This document shows, in pieces, positions 13,225-26,328 of a stretch of 64,000 bases of DNA. The stretch is from Moniliella sp. 'wahieum' (lineage: Eukaryota). The notes beneath the pieces are model-generated. The model saw only the letters and a list, made by a program, of their open reading frames with translations, did not search any database and was not told the origin of the DNA. The position numbers were made by a program, and so were the translations under genes. The stretch lies in the NCBI GenBank assembly GCA_003971905.1, contig RSEE01000036.1:186001-250000 (forward strand), written 5' to 3'. Each line of letters opens with the position of its first letter. The first letter of the stretch is position 1.

Positions 13225-15646
13225 CTAGTGGTTGTTGTGCGCATGCAGCGCTTGATTCGCCTGATCGAGCTCGGCCGAGGAAGGACCGGCACCATCGCGC
13301 GCGTTGGCCGCTTGCGCCGCCGCCGCCCGCGCAACCCGGGTAGCCGAAGGCGTCGACGCACCCGACCGGGAGGAAAGGGTGCCGCGGCGCGACCGCGGCT
13401 TGACGGCCAACGGGAACCGGAACCGTTCCTCGTCCGGGTCGTCCTCGGGCGGGCGGGCGATCGAGCGCCAAAAGTCGGTGTGCGTCGAGGCGTTGGAGCC
13501 AGCATCGCTGACCCCCGACATGTGGGTACGAGCAAGGGAGTCGGTCAGCGTACCAAAGTCACCCGGCGTCCGCAGACCCGACAGGCGAGGCGAGGCGGGC
13601 ACACTCAGCGGAATCCGCATGCGTCCATCGGCCAAGTCTTGCGAGGGATCAATCTGATACCCTTCGCCCTCATCCTCTCCCAGAGCAAAGAGACCATCAT
13701 CGTCGTCGTCAAAGCTGTCCGGGTAAGCACGACGGAGAGCGAGTTGCCGTGCTTTGGCATACTCCAGCCCCAACTTGTTCCAGTCGAGTAGCTCCGACAG
13801 ACGTTCGGTGCGGTTGCGCTGGTTGATCCGCTGCCGCCGCGTCTTCGAGACAAAGGACTCCATCTGGTCAGTCAGCATATTAACCGAGTCCTCCACCCCC
13901 TTGGACCGACGATCGACAATGTAGATCCCATAGTCTTCAGCATCCTCAATCATGTCTTCCATGAAACATCCAAAGCCCGACAAGTTGGTCGAGATGCTGG
14001 GAATACCCATGACAGTGCACTCGGCCGGAGTGTAGCCCCATGGCTCATAATACGACGGGAAGACGCCCAAGTGACAGCCGCGGACAAAGTCTTCATAGTC
14101 CATGCCGAGAATGGGGTTGTTGGCATTAAGGAACTCGGGGTGGAAGATAATCTTGACACGGTCCTCAGGCCGGTTAAAGAGTTGTACGCGGCGAATTTGG
14201 CTGAGGATCGGGTCCTTGGAATCGTCCGCCATGTTGTGAGTCACCACAGGAGGGAAAGTCTGGCGACGCATCGCAAACAGCCTTCTCTTCAGGGCGATCT
14301 TGTCCTTCTCGTCCAGCAACGCTTCTGGATCAATCTGCTCCAAGTTGGCCGACTCAGACCCAGCCGAGCGAGCGGTACGCTCAAGTAGGCGTTGGCCCAC
14401 CCGCGCGCTGATCTGGTCCACCGTTTCCTTAAGTGCCTTGGTGACCGCCTGGCCCTTAAGAGCTTCCATCGTATAGCTGGTGGTGGCCGCCGGCATAATG
14501 ATGAACGCCACGACTGTCATCTTGGAACCGGAGGCCTTCAGCCGCCCATTGAGCCGTGCAAGCGATTCGATAAACATGTCGACACCTTTATTGCGGAACT
14601 CGTACCGCCCCTGTGAACATGAAGATGGTGTTTTCAAGATCAAAGTCGTAGTGGCCATAGAAATGTCCTCGGACAAACTCGTTGATCTTGGCCTTAGAAA
14701 CGGCATGGAGATTCTGGAACTCGTGCACGGCGGAAAACTTGACGACATTGAGGCCGTTGGGCAAAACTCCATCAGGGCGGCGCTTCAGTAGGTACTCCGA
14801 CTCGTAAGCAGTAATGTGAGAAACTGTAGTGAACACATCAGCGGAATGGGCGGCGGAGCGTTCAATGCAGTAACGATGGTAGATGCCGCGCTTGCCTGCC
14901 TCAACATCAACGTCAAAGTATTGGAGATTGTTGTAAAAGTCCACATCACCTGCGCACAAGTACCTGCCGAGAAGGGTCGCGTGGGTGGTAAAGATGGTGG
15001 TCACGTCCAAACGTCGCTTGCGAATTAGGGGAATAGCCAGACCAGCCTGCCACTCGTGGAAGTGGGCAATGATGGCATGCTCGCGCTGGTGAAAGGCATA
15101 CTCGCCCAAGAACCAGGCGGTAAGGTAACCCAACAGCAACGTGTCATTGGTCTCCGTGTCAGTCGGGGGCGTCGGGATCTGGGCCTTCTCCCAAAGATCC
15201 TTCTTCCATTCGTCGAGCCGATGCGAGACAGAGCCAAGGTCGAAGAGCAACACTTGGGGGTGCGATCAATCAGCCAACGGCCATAGAGAAGGCGCACACC
15301 CTGTGCCCGCATCGCCTCAAGGGTCGCCTTCATCGCCGCGTCAGGCGGTTCGGCCTCCTCTACTTCCATGCGAGCATTCTTGTAGGACAGGGGCCGAGAA
15401 GAGTGTAGCGGTTACCATACTCTTGCTCGGTGATGGGAGCCTTGGTCTTGATGACAGTGTAGATTCCGCCAACTGGGGGCAGGCAGGGGTCAGTCCGCCG
15501 CGGTCAGGGAGAGCGAGGGAGGGGGAGGGGGGGGTACATGAGCACAACATGCGCTAGCACACAAACTCACCTTTGTTGGCGACTTCCCAAGCACATTCGA
15601 AGAGGATGGGGGAGCGCACATTGCGCACGGCGAGAGACTGTTCCAT
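13225..15646 (-). CDS. GSY1: Glycogen synthase (GT3), one intron, frameshifts
   Basis: [15 protein letters not shown] across a GT..AG intron at 15570-15473; [65 protein letters not shown]. Confidence 0.97.
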
Positions 15647-15849
15647 GGGAAGAACAGTGGGCAATCCAGCGGAGGCGGGGTGTGGTGGGGCTGAACTTGG
15701 CTGGACTGCCTGTTGGGGGGATGGGTGGGGCTGCTGAGCCGGAGAGCCCGCTGAGGGTTGGTTCAAGTGCGACTTGAACGTTCACTATCTCGCCCAACTC
15801 GGGCGACACTGGCGCCGTGCGTTCCCCACAAAACCGGCGAGCCAGGCCG

Positions 15850-17280
15850 CAGCGTGACGCGTGACGCATGAGGGCGAGTGTGACGCATGGCAGCGCACAG
15901 GTGCAGTGTGCTGCGTTGCACATGGCAGGGCGCTGCACAGGGTGGGCCGGCTGGGCCTTAGCACTTAGCCGACGAGCGCAGGAGCACTGTCGCTGTGCTG
16001 CATGGCCTTGGGCCGGTCTGGCTCCGGGACCCAGTGCCCAGCACTAATCTGTGATCGGAGTGGGTCGGCCCCAACCAGCACAGCAGTGCACCACTACACA
16101 AATCCCAGAAACCAAGCCCAAAGGCAGGTCGTGCAAGTAACTGGCTTGCAGTACATAGCTTGTTGGCGCATTTGCCACCCCAGGCGTGGGGAGAACCCAA
16201 TCAATCCAGACTGGGTACTGGGATGCGTCACGCGTCACGCCTCAATCACGGCTATCAAGTTACAGATCATTCGATCATTTTGCCGGTTACCTGTTACCGT
16301 ACCGGTTACCCGCTCACCCGAATTTGCCCACATCGATAGGATCAGGGGGAAAGCTGATCGAGCTGATCGTTGCACCGTTCGAACGAACTTGAAGCCTCAA
16401 GCTTCAAGAACGATGTCGATTGACGTTCAACGTTCAACGTTCAGCACGTTCAGGCCGGCCTCAGGAACGTTCACACGTTCACAGGCCTCAGGACGTTCAG
16501 GCTGAACTTCAAGCGCTTCAAGCTTCTGCTGGCTGTACGACGGGGTTGTCGTGAGCGTTTTTACTAGTTACTAGCTAGTTACTAGTTACGCTAGTTACGC
16601 GTTACGAGGTTACGGTTACCGCAACAGCGAGCGAAGAGAGCGCGCAATACGTACCGGGGCCTGTGTACCATGTACCCGCAAATTGCGCACGGGCCATCTA
16701 AGGCGTGGCAGATCATCGATCTTCGATCATCGACCAGTATGTTAATTGCGTGTTACATGTTAATAGCGAGTAGCGCTTTGGACCGGTCCCTGGTCCCCGG
16801 TCACGCGGGCACGGTCCCGCGTCCTGAGGCAGTGCTGAGCCTCAGCGCTGAGGCGCTGAGGCCGAGGGTTGAACGTTGAAGTTTAGCGGTTCAACATTCA
16901 ACTGAACGTTCAGTCCCAGTGCATGACGAGATCCCACCTTCCGCCATCCGTCCTCGAAGTTCACTTGAACTTGAAGCTTGACTTCAAGCTTCAGCGTTTT
17001 CAACACGTTCAACCAGTATTATGCTGCCCTGCGCCGCCTCGCGCTGCCCTCTGCTGCTCCTATGGCGCTGAACACCAGCGGCCCCGCTTGGTGGGAATTG
17101 TGGGTGTCTCAGCAGGGCCGCATCGCAGTTTGTTAGTAACTTGTAGGTAGTAACTAACTAATCCCTATAGACAGACGAGCGGAGATATCGATGGGCGTGA
17201 TGCATGATGCATGTCGCATGTGGCACGCATGTTGCACTAGCATCGATCGATCATGCATCATGTGCATGCATCATGCAAGG
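15850..17280. repeat. Dense cluster of TNA/4-bp-palindrome heptamer micro-arrays
   Basis: Runs of ACGCGTC, ACCGGTT, AAGCTTC, AACGTTC, ACTAGTT, ATCGATC, AGCGCTG and ATGCATG. Confidence 0.9.
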
Positions 17281-17624
17281 AGGCGACAACCCTTTTTTTC
17301 GGAAGGTGATGGTATACACGAGAGGGACTCAGTACTCACGACGCCTTTGAAACGAGGGAGAGAGGAGCTGTTTCGACTGTTGGGACAAGGCGCGAGGCGA
17401 CAAAGGACCAGGGTGGCACTCAAGAGCATTTCTGTCCCTCGATTATGATGACACGAAGATACTCTGCCGCCAAGACGACGGCGGGCAAGGTGTTTGAGAA
17501 CCCTGTGGAAACAATCAACTGATGAAGAGTTATTCACTGGCTTACATGTCCACACCACACGCCCATTGGTAGTATCTACCCGCGCTACTTTCCGGTTTGA
17601 AAACGACGGGGGGGGGGAGGGTAA

Positions 17625-17692
17625 AGGGGCGACGGTGGACGGTGGCAAGGTGGCGAGACGCAATCCGGGCCGTAGGCCCGGTGGTCTCCTAG
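17625..17692 (+). mobile_element. Helitron-like 3' terminus
   Basis: GGTGG-rich tract, then perfect hairpin CCGGGCC-GTA-GGCCCGG (17665-17681), 7 nt, CTAG (17689-17692) followed by T. Related termini recur at 33126-33147, 51589-51607, 54856 (-) and 58130 (-). Confidence 0.7.
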
Positions 17693-18318
17693 TAGTATCT
17701 TGCGATTAAGATAGGCGCCTACATGAGAAGAGCAAAAGAGATCATCACATGTGATAAGATGGGTCTTCCAAAAACCGACGTCAAAATGATAGTGGAGATG
17801 TCCCTAGTACCATGTTGGCCCTAGTACAGGGACATCGACGGTAAAAGAGAAAGTATGCGGAACTGTGAAAGGGTACTACCGCTTGTGGAAGGGCAACAAT
17901 AGAGAGTGTGTGCGGGCCCCCTCCGACAGTCACAAAAAGGTGAGAAAAAGGAAGTCGGGGACAGCTAGGAACGGTAGGATGAAGTTAAGAGAGCACTTGG
18001 CACTTGTCGATGAAAACTAAGAGCTCTGATAGAAGGTACTACCGGGCCGTCTCTTGTGTAACAAAATGTCAATGAGTGGATTGGGGAAAGTGTTGATGGT
18101 CAGCATCATCGCAAACTCTGACCTCTTGGCGAGAAGATTACTCCTCCTTATCCACTTTCTGGGGCAGGGCCAACACCGGACGGCACACTTCCGACCCTGT
18201 CAAACACGTGTGGCTTCACAACTGTATTTGTAGTGGCATCCGGTAAAATGTAGGTATGCTCAGTGGTATCCTTGAGAAGGGTAGAATCTGAGAGAGCAAC
18301 GTTAATAGACGCGTGACC

Positions 18319-21300
18319 TTACCCACTACTAGAGGAACCAGGCGAGAAGAGGGTGGTCTTCCCCGCTCCATCCGGACTTGCCATAGTAGGAGCTGTAGTG
18401 TCGCTCGAAAAGGAAGTTTGGTCGACCAGCTCGACCGGGAGGGGTGCAGTTTTCTCTTTTGGTGCGGAGGACGTGGGCGTGGCAGGACTTAAAGCGAAAG
18501 CAGCAGTCGCTACACCAACGACCTCTTTAGTCTCGGTATCTGTGGCCGTGTGGTGATGCGCGTTCTTACTCATCGGTACCGGAGGCTCTGATTCTCTTAC
18601 TGTCGCGGCGGCACCAAGAAGGGAAGATATAGTGGCTGGGGTGAGAACGGTAGGAGGGACCATCTCTGCCTTAGCCTGCTCCTTCACCCATTCGGGGCTG
18701 GCGCTGTCCATTGCACAGGAAACAGACTCTGGAACGACAGGAGCAGCCGAAACCGTCCTTCCTTCAGTCCTGAGGCTCGGACTCGGAGACGCTTCCTCCT
18801 CCTCAGGTTCTTCACCGGTGGCATTGACACGCTCCAATGAGCCCATTGGCCCCTTCACCTGCGGTGTGGATGGCATCTCTTCGACCATGGAACTGGGAGG
18901 GATCTTGGCCACTTCCTCCTTCGCCTTTAGGGGGGAAGCACTGGTCTCATTGTCCATCGCAGCCTCTACCTTCACGGCCTGGGGGACGATTGGCGCCCCC
19001 CCCCGCAATAGGCTTGGCATCATCGGTGCTCTCCTTGGGATTGAACCGCACCTCAAGACAGTTTTCCCCAGTAAACAGAGTCTGCTCTAATTCAGTGGTC
19101 AGAAGCGAATCGCCTTTATCCTCTTTTGACGGGATGACAGTGCCATCTTGAGCCTCAACGGCATTTTTCGCGTCAGGAACATCCTCTTTGGTCTTCTGGG
19201 CTTGATCGAGCACACTGGATTCCTGGAGAATATGGGTCAGGGATTCGACACTCTCCTTGGCTGGCTGAGTGGAAAGGTTCGCGGGCATCTCATCCTTCGC
19301 CAAGGGCACTGGAACACTAACATTCTCCGCGGGAATATTGACCTTTGCCTGCTCTGCCTCTTCTCCTGCCGCAACCTCACCCTTGTTTGACACCATTAGG
19401 GTCTCGGGTTGGTAAACAGTGTTGGGATGACCAACACGCTCCGACTGAACGGTAGGCTTGGGTGGATCAATGTGCACAGGGGAAGGAACAGAATCGGGCT
19501 CCTCCACATGTCTAGGTTGAGCTGGCTCAAGTTGTTGAACTGGCTCAGGCGCTCAACGTGCTTGGGTTGCTCACCAGTCTCTGCCTTATCTGTAGGCTTG
19601 GGCTGGTGCATGGGCTTGGTGGCGGAAAGCGATACTTTCTTGGTTGCAACGGGAAGACCCTGAGGCTTCTTGTGTGACTGGACTCCAGGTTGCCCTGGGA
19701 CGAAAGTGACTGAAATCGGGAAGCAGCAGCGGCTACTCGTGAGCCAATAAAAGCAGGCGGACGTGTACGCGGCAGGGGGTTGGGCTGCTGATGTGTTAGA
19801 TCTGCGTCCCGAATCGCCGCAGGGGCCCGGGCTAAAACAGATGGAAGAGTGCGTAGTTTGGTTACAGACTTCGGCTCTTTCTTGGGTTCAAGCTCGTTAT
19901 GGTCCTTTGACTGGGCCACAAGGGTGGCTTCAGGCACGGGGAGGTCATGCTCATCCGTGTGCTGTGGTGGGTGTTGCATCCAGAGGTTCGGACAGGACCG
20001 CGGCCCCAGGAAGGGGATGCACCTGAAATGGATCTTGAGAAATGGTGACCGCCTTGGGCTTCTCTATCAGGGTGGAATTGTTGGTTACTCCCACGGTGTC
20101 GGGCTGAGAAAGTACAGCGATTGCTTGCGCTGATTCGGTAGAAGGTTCCACTGTTTGAGGAGCCATTTGAACTGGGCCGGGAGCAGCGGCAGGTTCAGTT
20201 GGTGCCGATTTATCTTCTTGCTTGGCCTCCAACAAGGAAGAAGAAGGCACGCCAGTGTTTTCCTTCGTGGCCACCACAGCCGGCGCAAGACCTTCAGGCA
20301 TCGTCTCTTCGACGCTCGGGACCTCTTTGTTCTTTAGATTAATGGGTTCCTCCGCAGTAGAACGCCTGAGGTGAGCTTGCTCCTCCACAATTGGTTCCGT
20401 GGCAATAGATGTTATGTTCTTTGTAAAGGGAGAAGCTTTCTGCTGAAGAGAATTCTCCTTGACGGATTCTTCCACAACAACATCATCCTTGACCCGACCC
20501 TTCTTAACCAAATCTTCATTGGCCGGATCCACCTCAACTTCGTTTTCCTGTACGGGCCCCTCCTGGGCGGGTTCTTCGTTGACAGTCCCCTCATTTGTAG
20601 ACTCATCCTGAACAGGCTCCTCCTTGACAGGATCTTCCTCCTTCATTGGCACCTGAATGGCAGACACTCCTTCTTTCAGTGTCCCTTCCTTGATGAAGCG
20701 TTTCGCAGCGGGCGCTTTGACGGCTGCATCATCGTCCTTGAGATGCACGACCGCTGCTTCTTGGCCACCCTCTGGAGAGAGAGACCCAGATGTGGTCGGG
20801 ACAAGTGGAACGGAGTAAGGGATGGACTTCTGTCCCAACGGAACCGGAGGGATAGGGGCAGATGAACCAGGTTTCAATGGATCAGAGGAATGCTCGTTGA
20901 GTAAGGTCTGCAAGGGCACAGTAGGGATATAGGCGCTATTCTCATGGGCAGGAGCCTGACTGGGCTCCGGCAGAGCATAGATAAAGTCACGTATACTTCC
21001 CGAAAGGGAGACGTGTGGGATACGGCCCAACCCCGGAACAAGCTCTTCCTCTTCGTGCGGGATTGCTTCAGGAGACTTGCTTCTCTTCTCCTGTGCTTTC
21101 TTGGTTGAGTGGTGAGAACCGGCCTGGGGTAATGCCTCCACGGAACTTGGCTCGTCGACACCCGTCCACACTCCAATACGAGAGCGGGACTGCTCTGGAA
21201 GTTTTTCTGTGGCATTTTGACGTTGCTCTTGTCCTTGTCCAGGACCATGTCTTCAGCTTTGACTGGATCTTCCGCTGGACCGAGGGCAGGATCCAGCGTC

Positions 21301-22207
21301 AGCGGCCTCTGGTCCGTGTCAAAGTTGAACAGCTTGTTTAGTGACTCGTCGCTTGGGAGCCCCGATTCGGTGGGGACTGGACCAGAAGTGGCAGGGGAGA
21401 TAGAAGACAAGTTACCTGGACCAGATGGCCCGGACGGGGAGGTTGGCTGAGAGAAAATAGGTTGCCAATGACGGCGTCTGGAATCAAGTCAGAACATGAG
21501 CACAATGGCATGGGGGAAGAAAATACATACTGCTTTAAAAACGATTGGAGGTCAGACTGGGTTTGGGCCGTTTCAGCGCGGATGGTCTCGAACCTTGGCT
21601 CGGCAAGGTTAAGATCCGACAAAGTGCGTTGTGCGAAGAGGCTTACCCCTGTTGGTTGGTCGAGGAGGGGCAACGAAGCGGTCTCCTTCACTTCGGAAAA
21701 TGGATCGGGCCCGTTGCCATCAACAAGCGACGAATCGTGTTCCCTGCTTGTGCTTACTCCAATGTCAAGCGAGGGAAGCTTAGGAGGCACATCCGAAACA
21801 TGTGGAAGGTAGAGTTCCTCTTCATTAGGTTCCTCTTCGGCAGCGGGGTCCAAGGTAGATTCAGGGACTTTGGTCGACGGCTCGGTGGCCCTCTCTTTTT
21901 GCTGAGCAGACTTATTTGCACGGCGGGTGGAGAAGAGCCGCTGAAGGCCTCCAGTTCCCGCCAAACTGTTGCGCTTACTCTTGGAGACCTCTCTCGGAGC
22001 ATCGACCGCGCTGTCTGGGTCCTTGATGGAGGAGGCGATGAGTTTACGGGCACTGCGTGGGCTTACAGAGACAGCACGACGCAACGTTTGGAGCCCCTGT
22101 ATGTTGGGCGTGAGTGCCGGCGAGTCCTGCTCCACACGTGGGGGTGCAACGGAAGGAGGCGCTGCGGATGCAGATGGGCGCCCTAAGAGGCGGCTGAAGA
22201 AACCCAT
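18319..22207 (-). CDS. Large low-complexity Glu/Pro/Ser/Lys-rich hypothetical protein; frameshifted, 3' end uncertain (may extend left of 18319)
   Basis: Chained minus ORFs starting MGFFSRLLGRP at 22207. Canonical intron 21530-21478 (GTATGT..CTGAC..CAG). No recognisable domain. Confidence 0.6.
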
Positions 22208-22875
22208 TGTGTTCGACGTGGCGTCCGGACAATGTCAAGCACCCGGGGGTGTGCTCGCTGGCCATGCAACGGGCGCGGACGGAGACGCTGAGGGATACCG
22301 GAGGGGGGGGCTGTTGGAAGGGGTCGAGATGGTGAGGCGACGGCTGGGGCTGAGGTGTTCGCTATAGCCCCCTCAGACGTCAGATCGTCAGATGTCACAT
22401 GTCACAAGTCATCTCAAACGCTGAGCGCTCAGGCTGAGCTCGCACTCAGGCCCAGACTTCCGGCCTGCCCAGCCTGCATTATATCCGCGGCCCGGAGCGC
22501 GCACGGGGGAAGTGTGCTGGGCACGCGCGCACACCAGGACACTGGCGCAGGGCTGCGCACCCCAGCCGCCTTGCGCTTGCCGGCGCCGCCTCCGCCCGGC
22601 ATTGCCAACACAAAGAACACATCGTTCCCACGTCCCACCGCCTAGCAGACTATCGTGTCTATCGCATACCTCCATGGTGCGTAACGCATCATGCTTGCAG
22701 CTTTGCCGCCTTGTCCCTCGTTTACATGGGCCCATCGCAGGTTGGCTGAGGCCTCCTTAGACTAGCCTGAGGTGGAACAGCCAGCGCAACAAAAGAAGAA
22801 GGGTTTCAACATAGCATCGCCAACACAAATCAAGACACAAATGAGCAGAGCACCCAAGCCGAAATAGAGAGGACA

Positions 22876-25800
22876 TTAAAGCAGGCTGTCGAAGTCGTCT
22901 TCGTCATCCGACGGAGCCTGGGGAGGAGCGTGACGCGAAGATACAGATCTGGATGGCTTGCGGCGAGGGGGAGTCTGTTCCTCGAGGTCCTCTTCTTCCT
23001 CGTCATCAACCCTTTCCTCCTCCTCCTCTTCCTCCTCCTCCTCCACTTCTGTTCGCCGTGAAGGCGAGGCACTTGAGACTGTCCTCGCCGTCGAACTGGC
23101 TGATACGGTTCTCCCACTGGCAGCACTTCGACTAGAAGGCACCCGTGGTGCTAACGCACTGGATGCAGTCTTCTTCGCCCGTGTGGTACCCGCTGGGGCT
23201 GAAACCTCCTTCTCCTTCTCCAAGGCCGCAATGACGTCTTCAGCGTCCGCACCTGTCTGGACAAGCAAGTCCCGGAGAGCGGAATAGGCCGGGGGAACCT
23301 CCTCCTCTTCCTCATTCCCGATAAATACTCGGCGATAGTCGAGCGTCTCAACCAGGTCCTCGTACTTTTTACGCAATGTGGTGTGGATCCGGGCGAACGA
23401 GTTCTTCTGTGCGGTTGCTTCGAAAATCGAGGCAGAACGGGGGCGATCATGGTGCAGAACCAGCTGCCAAGCAGTGAACGAATCGACCAAGTCAGCCCAG
23501 GTGAGGGCAGCATACACACTCTCCTCATCAGGTTGATTCGGAAGATGAACCTTGGAGAGGAGGGATAGGTAAAGCTTGCGTTCACCGAGGTTATCCACCA
23601 GCACTTCACGCAGAATGTCACTCAAGATATCAAGGTTGAGAGCCTCGTCTTTGATACCTGGATAGGCAGCCTTGGAAGCATCCATCCAATCGATCAGCTG
23701 CAGTGCAATTTGCTGCGGAGTCAACATTGGTGGGGCATCAGGATCTGGCTCGTCTTCACGATAGACCTCGGTCAGGTTGCTCAGAATCTCCACCCAGGCC
23801 GTATGGAGAGCCCGCTGATTCGACCGCGATGAGTAGCAGTAGGCCGGCAAAAAGTAGCTCAGGCACTGGCGCATGTCAATGTTGTCCGCTGTATCAGGAG
23901 ACATGTACACGAGTACCATAGCCTTGAGTGCCTCTTGCACCAGTGCCGGGTCCACGTCCAACACCCCTGCCAGCATGAGCTTGCCAATTCCTAGCGCGGC
24001 CGCGGCTTGCACACGCAACGAGTCGTCCTCAAGAAGTACCTTGAGGAAGTCAAACATCTGCCGGTAAGCTTCCTTTAGTGTCGCTGTTGCTGTGTTGGGA
24101 TCTGATGCGGCATCAACAGACTTGCTCGCTAAGTAGCTAAGCCCATGTACCAGAATCACGTCAAACACCACCGAAACGGCACACTCGCGGATCGCATCGC
24201 CAGCATCGCGCTTGACTTGGTCCAAAAAGAGAGGGAACGTCTCCAGGGCCATGGTGCGATTGAGAAGACAGCACAGGCCTAGAGCGCGTAGGCCATGCCA
24301 CCGAAGAAGGGGTTCCTTCGAACGCACAGCTGGGGCAATGAGTCCACTTAATAGGCCTTGCAGTGGCCCACTCAGTGCATTGTTCATCGACTGTCCCCCA
24401 TCAACACGCTCCAGCATGAGCCGCACCATCACCAGGCGGCAAATAGTGCGAGTACGCAGTGCCAGAGGATCAGCCGCTTTGGGTGCACGGGACTTGGGCC
24501 GTTGAATTTGGGAGGCGGATTGGTCAAGTGTTGGATCTTGTGCAGGGGCAAGGCTCAAGTCATTATCCACCTCCGCCTCCTCCTCTTCGTCCTCCTCTTC
24601 CTCGAGTTGCTGTGTAATCTCGACCACAAGACGAAGCAAATCGGTTTGGCTATCCGCCAGCTTGGCCATAAGGTCCAGACAATCAGCCAAGAGCGTCTCG
24701 GAAAGGGTTAGAGCGTTTTCCCCGCTCATCATCTCCCGCACCAGACCAAAGACCTTGCGGCGGCCAATCTCGTCTCCATAGTCGGCGGTAAGCAGAATCT
24801 GCATGAGGACGTGCACAATCATCTCCTGTGCCGCTTGGACCTTGCGCTTCTGACTTAGGGTCGCGTCGGACGCCCCCCCCTCTTCGGCCAGCACGACTTG
24901 TTCAGCCGCCGCATCCAACATATCGTTGAAGTGTTTTTGAATGCGGAACGCAAGGGCCGTCATGGCAGGCATGCCATTCTCGAACTGGGAAAGCAGGTCG
25001 TGGGTGCGCCAGAAATCCAGTGCTGTCTTGGCCATCAGAGCTTTGGCTGGGGTGAGTTGTGCCCAAACCGTGTCACTCTGATCCGCCTCCTGGCCAACAA
25101 GGGCAACATGCTCAGTCAGGCTTGGCTGTGCCTCAAACATTGCAAGTAACGCTTGCTCGGCAATCACTATCCCGCTCTTGGTGGGGTCGGGCTGCATCAT
25201 TTCGTCCTCTTCCGCTTCCTCTTCATTTGTCTCGACGGCGAGCAAGTCAAAGTGATCCAGAAACTTGACCAGGTCATTACTACTCTCGGAGAGCCAAGTG
25301 GTCAAGAGGCGCTTCGTGGCGAGCTGAACGGATGGCTCCCGATCTTTGAGCCCATCCATTATGACCTTGTTGGTTAGGCTCCCCTGAAAGAGGAGGTGAC
25401 CTTTGGGAGGGGGGTGGGACGACACACCCTCCCATGCTTCCGGGGGGAGGCCGGAGAGTTGCGGTGTAAAGATGCTGCGGCGAGTGAGGGTGTCGACATC
25501 ACGCATACGCTCCAAGATGAAGGGGAGGTTCTCCTGAGTCTTGGCCAGGTTGAAAAGGACAGTGCGGCGTACATCGCTAGAAGAAAGGGATGTCAGTAAA
25601 CAGCAGGTGCCTTTCAATGATCAACGTACGCGCTGGGATCATGACGAAGGAGCCAAAGAAGGGTAGAGCGGATCTCATCGGCCTCCTCGTCAGCTTCCGA
25701 GTCATCGGGGGGGCCCTGAAGCGTAGAGAGGGCAATGACGGCGTGGACACGGACAGGTGCTTCCTTGTCGAAGATTCGCTCCTTCAGAAGCGATTTGAGC

Positions 25801-26328
25801 AGAACAAACATATCGTCGTCGATCGTGCCCAAACCCATAACGAGAAGAGCAACGAGTTCAACGCAGCGGAAGCGTACGTTCTTATCCTTGGCGCCGAATC
25901 CACGGAGCAGGTGTTTGAGAAGCTTCTCTGAAAAGCGCTCGGCGGGTCTCGTCGTAGTCGTCGCCAACTTGGGAAGAGGGGCGAAAGGCCTCCTGTGCAT
26001 AAACAGTGTAGGACGCAGCAAAGCGGATGCATCTCTCTGCCACCGCCTCTCCGCGCTTGATTCCCAGCACGCGATTGATGCTAGCGAGAAAGGCCTCAAT
26101 GAACGCCTTCTCGCCCACCAAACGTGGGGAGCCATCGGCGCGTTTGCCAAGAATTTCGGCGCAGCGCTGGTGGATGGCGCTAAGGGCGACTTGGTGTTTG
26201 CGGTGGACAGCGACAGAATGCTGGACCTGGGCAAAGACGGAGGCGACGGTACGAGGCAAGGCGTGGAGCACCTCAGAGTCCGACTGGGCACCACTGGTCC
26301 GCCCATTGCGGGTACGAGCTGGCGGCAT
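22876..26328 (-). CDS. YCG1: Condensin non-SMC HEAT subunit Ycg1/Cnd3/CAP-G
   Basis: VFAQVQHSVAVHRKH, LLRGFGAKDKNVRFRC, ERIFDKEAPVR, HDPSA|DVRR (intron 25629-25577), LERMRDVD, DYGDEIGRRK, LRALGLCCLL, MRQCLSYFLPAY. Confidence 0.93.

Noticed and set aside
16380..17000. Restriction-site polylinker or vector contamination (HindIII, SpeI, ClaI, NsiI-like hexamers)
   Set aside because: The sites are degenerate, phased at 7 bp, restricted to the A....T class and spread over many native intergenic regions.
17569..17700. GTAGTATCT direct repeat flanking the Helitron 3' fragment as a TSD
   Set aside because: The right copy overlaps the terminal CTAG and no similar duplication flanks other copies; probably chance.
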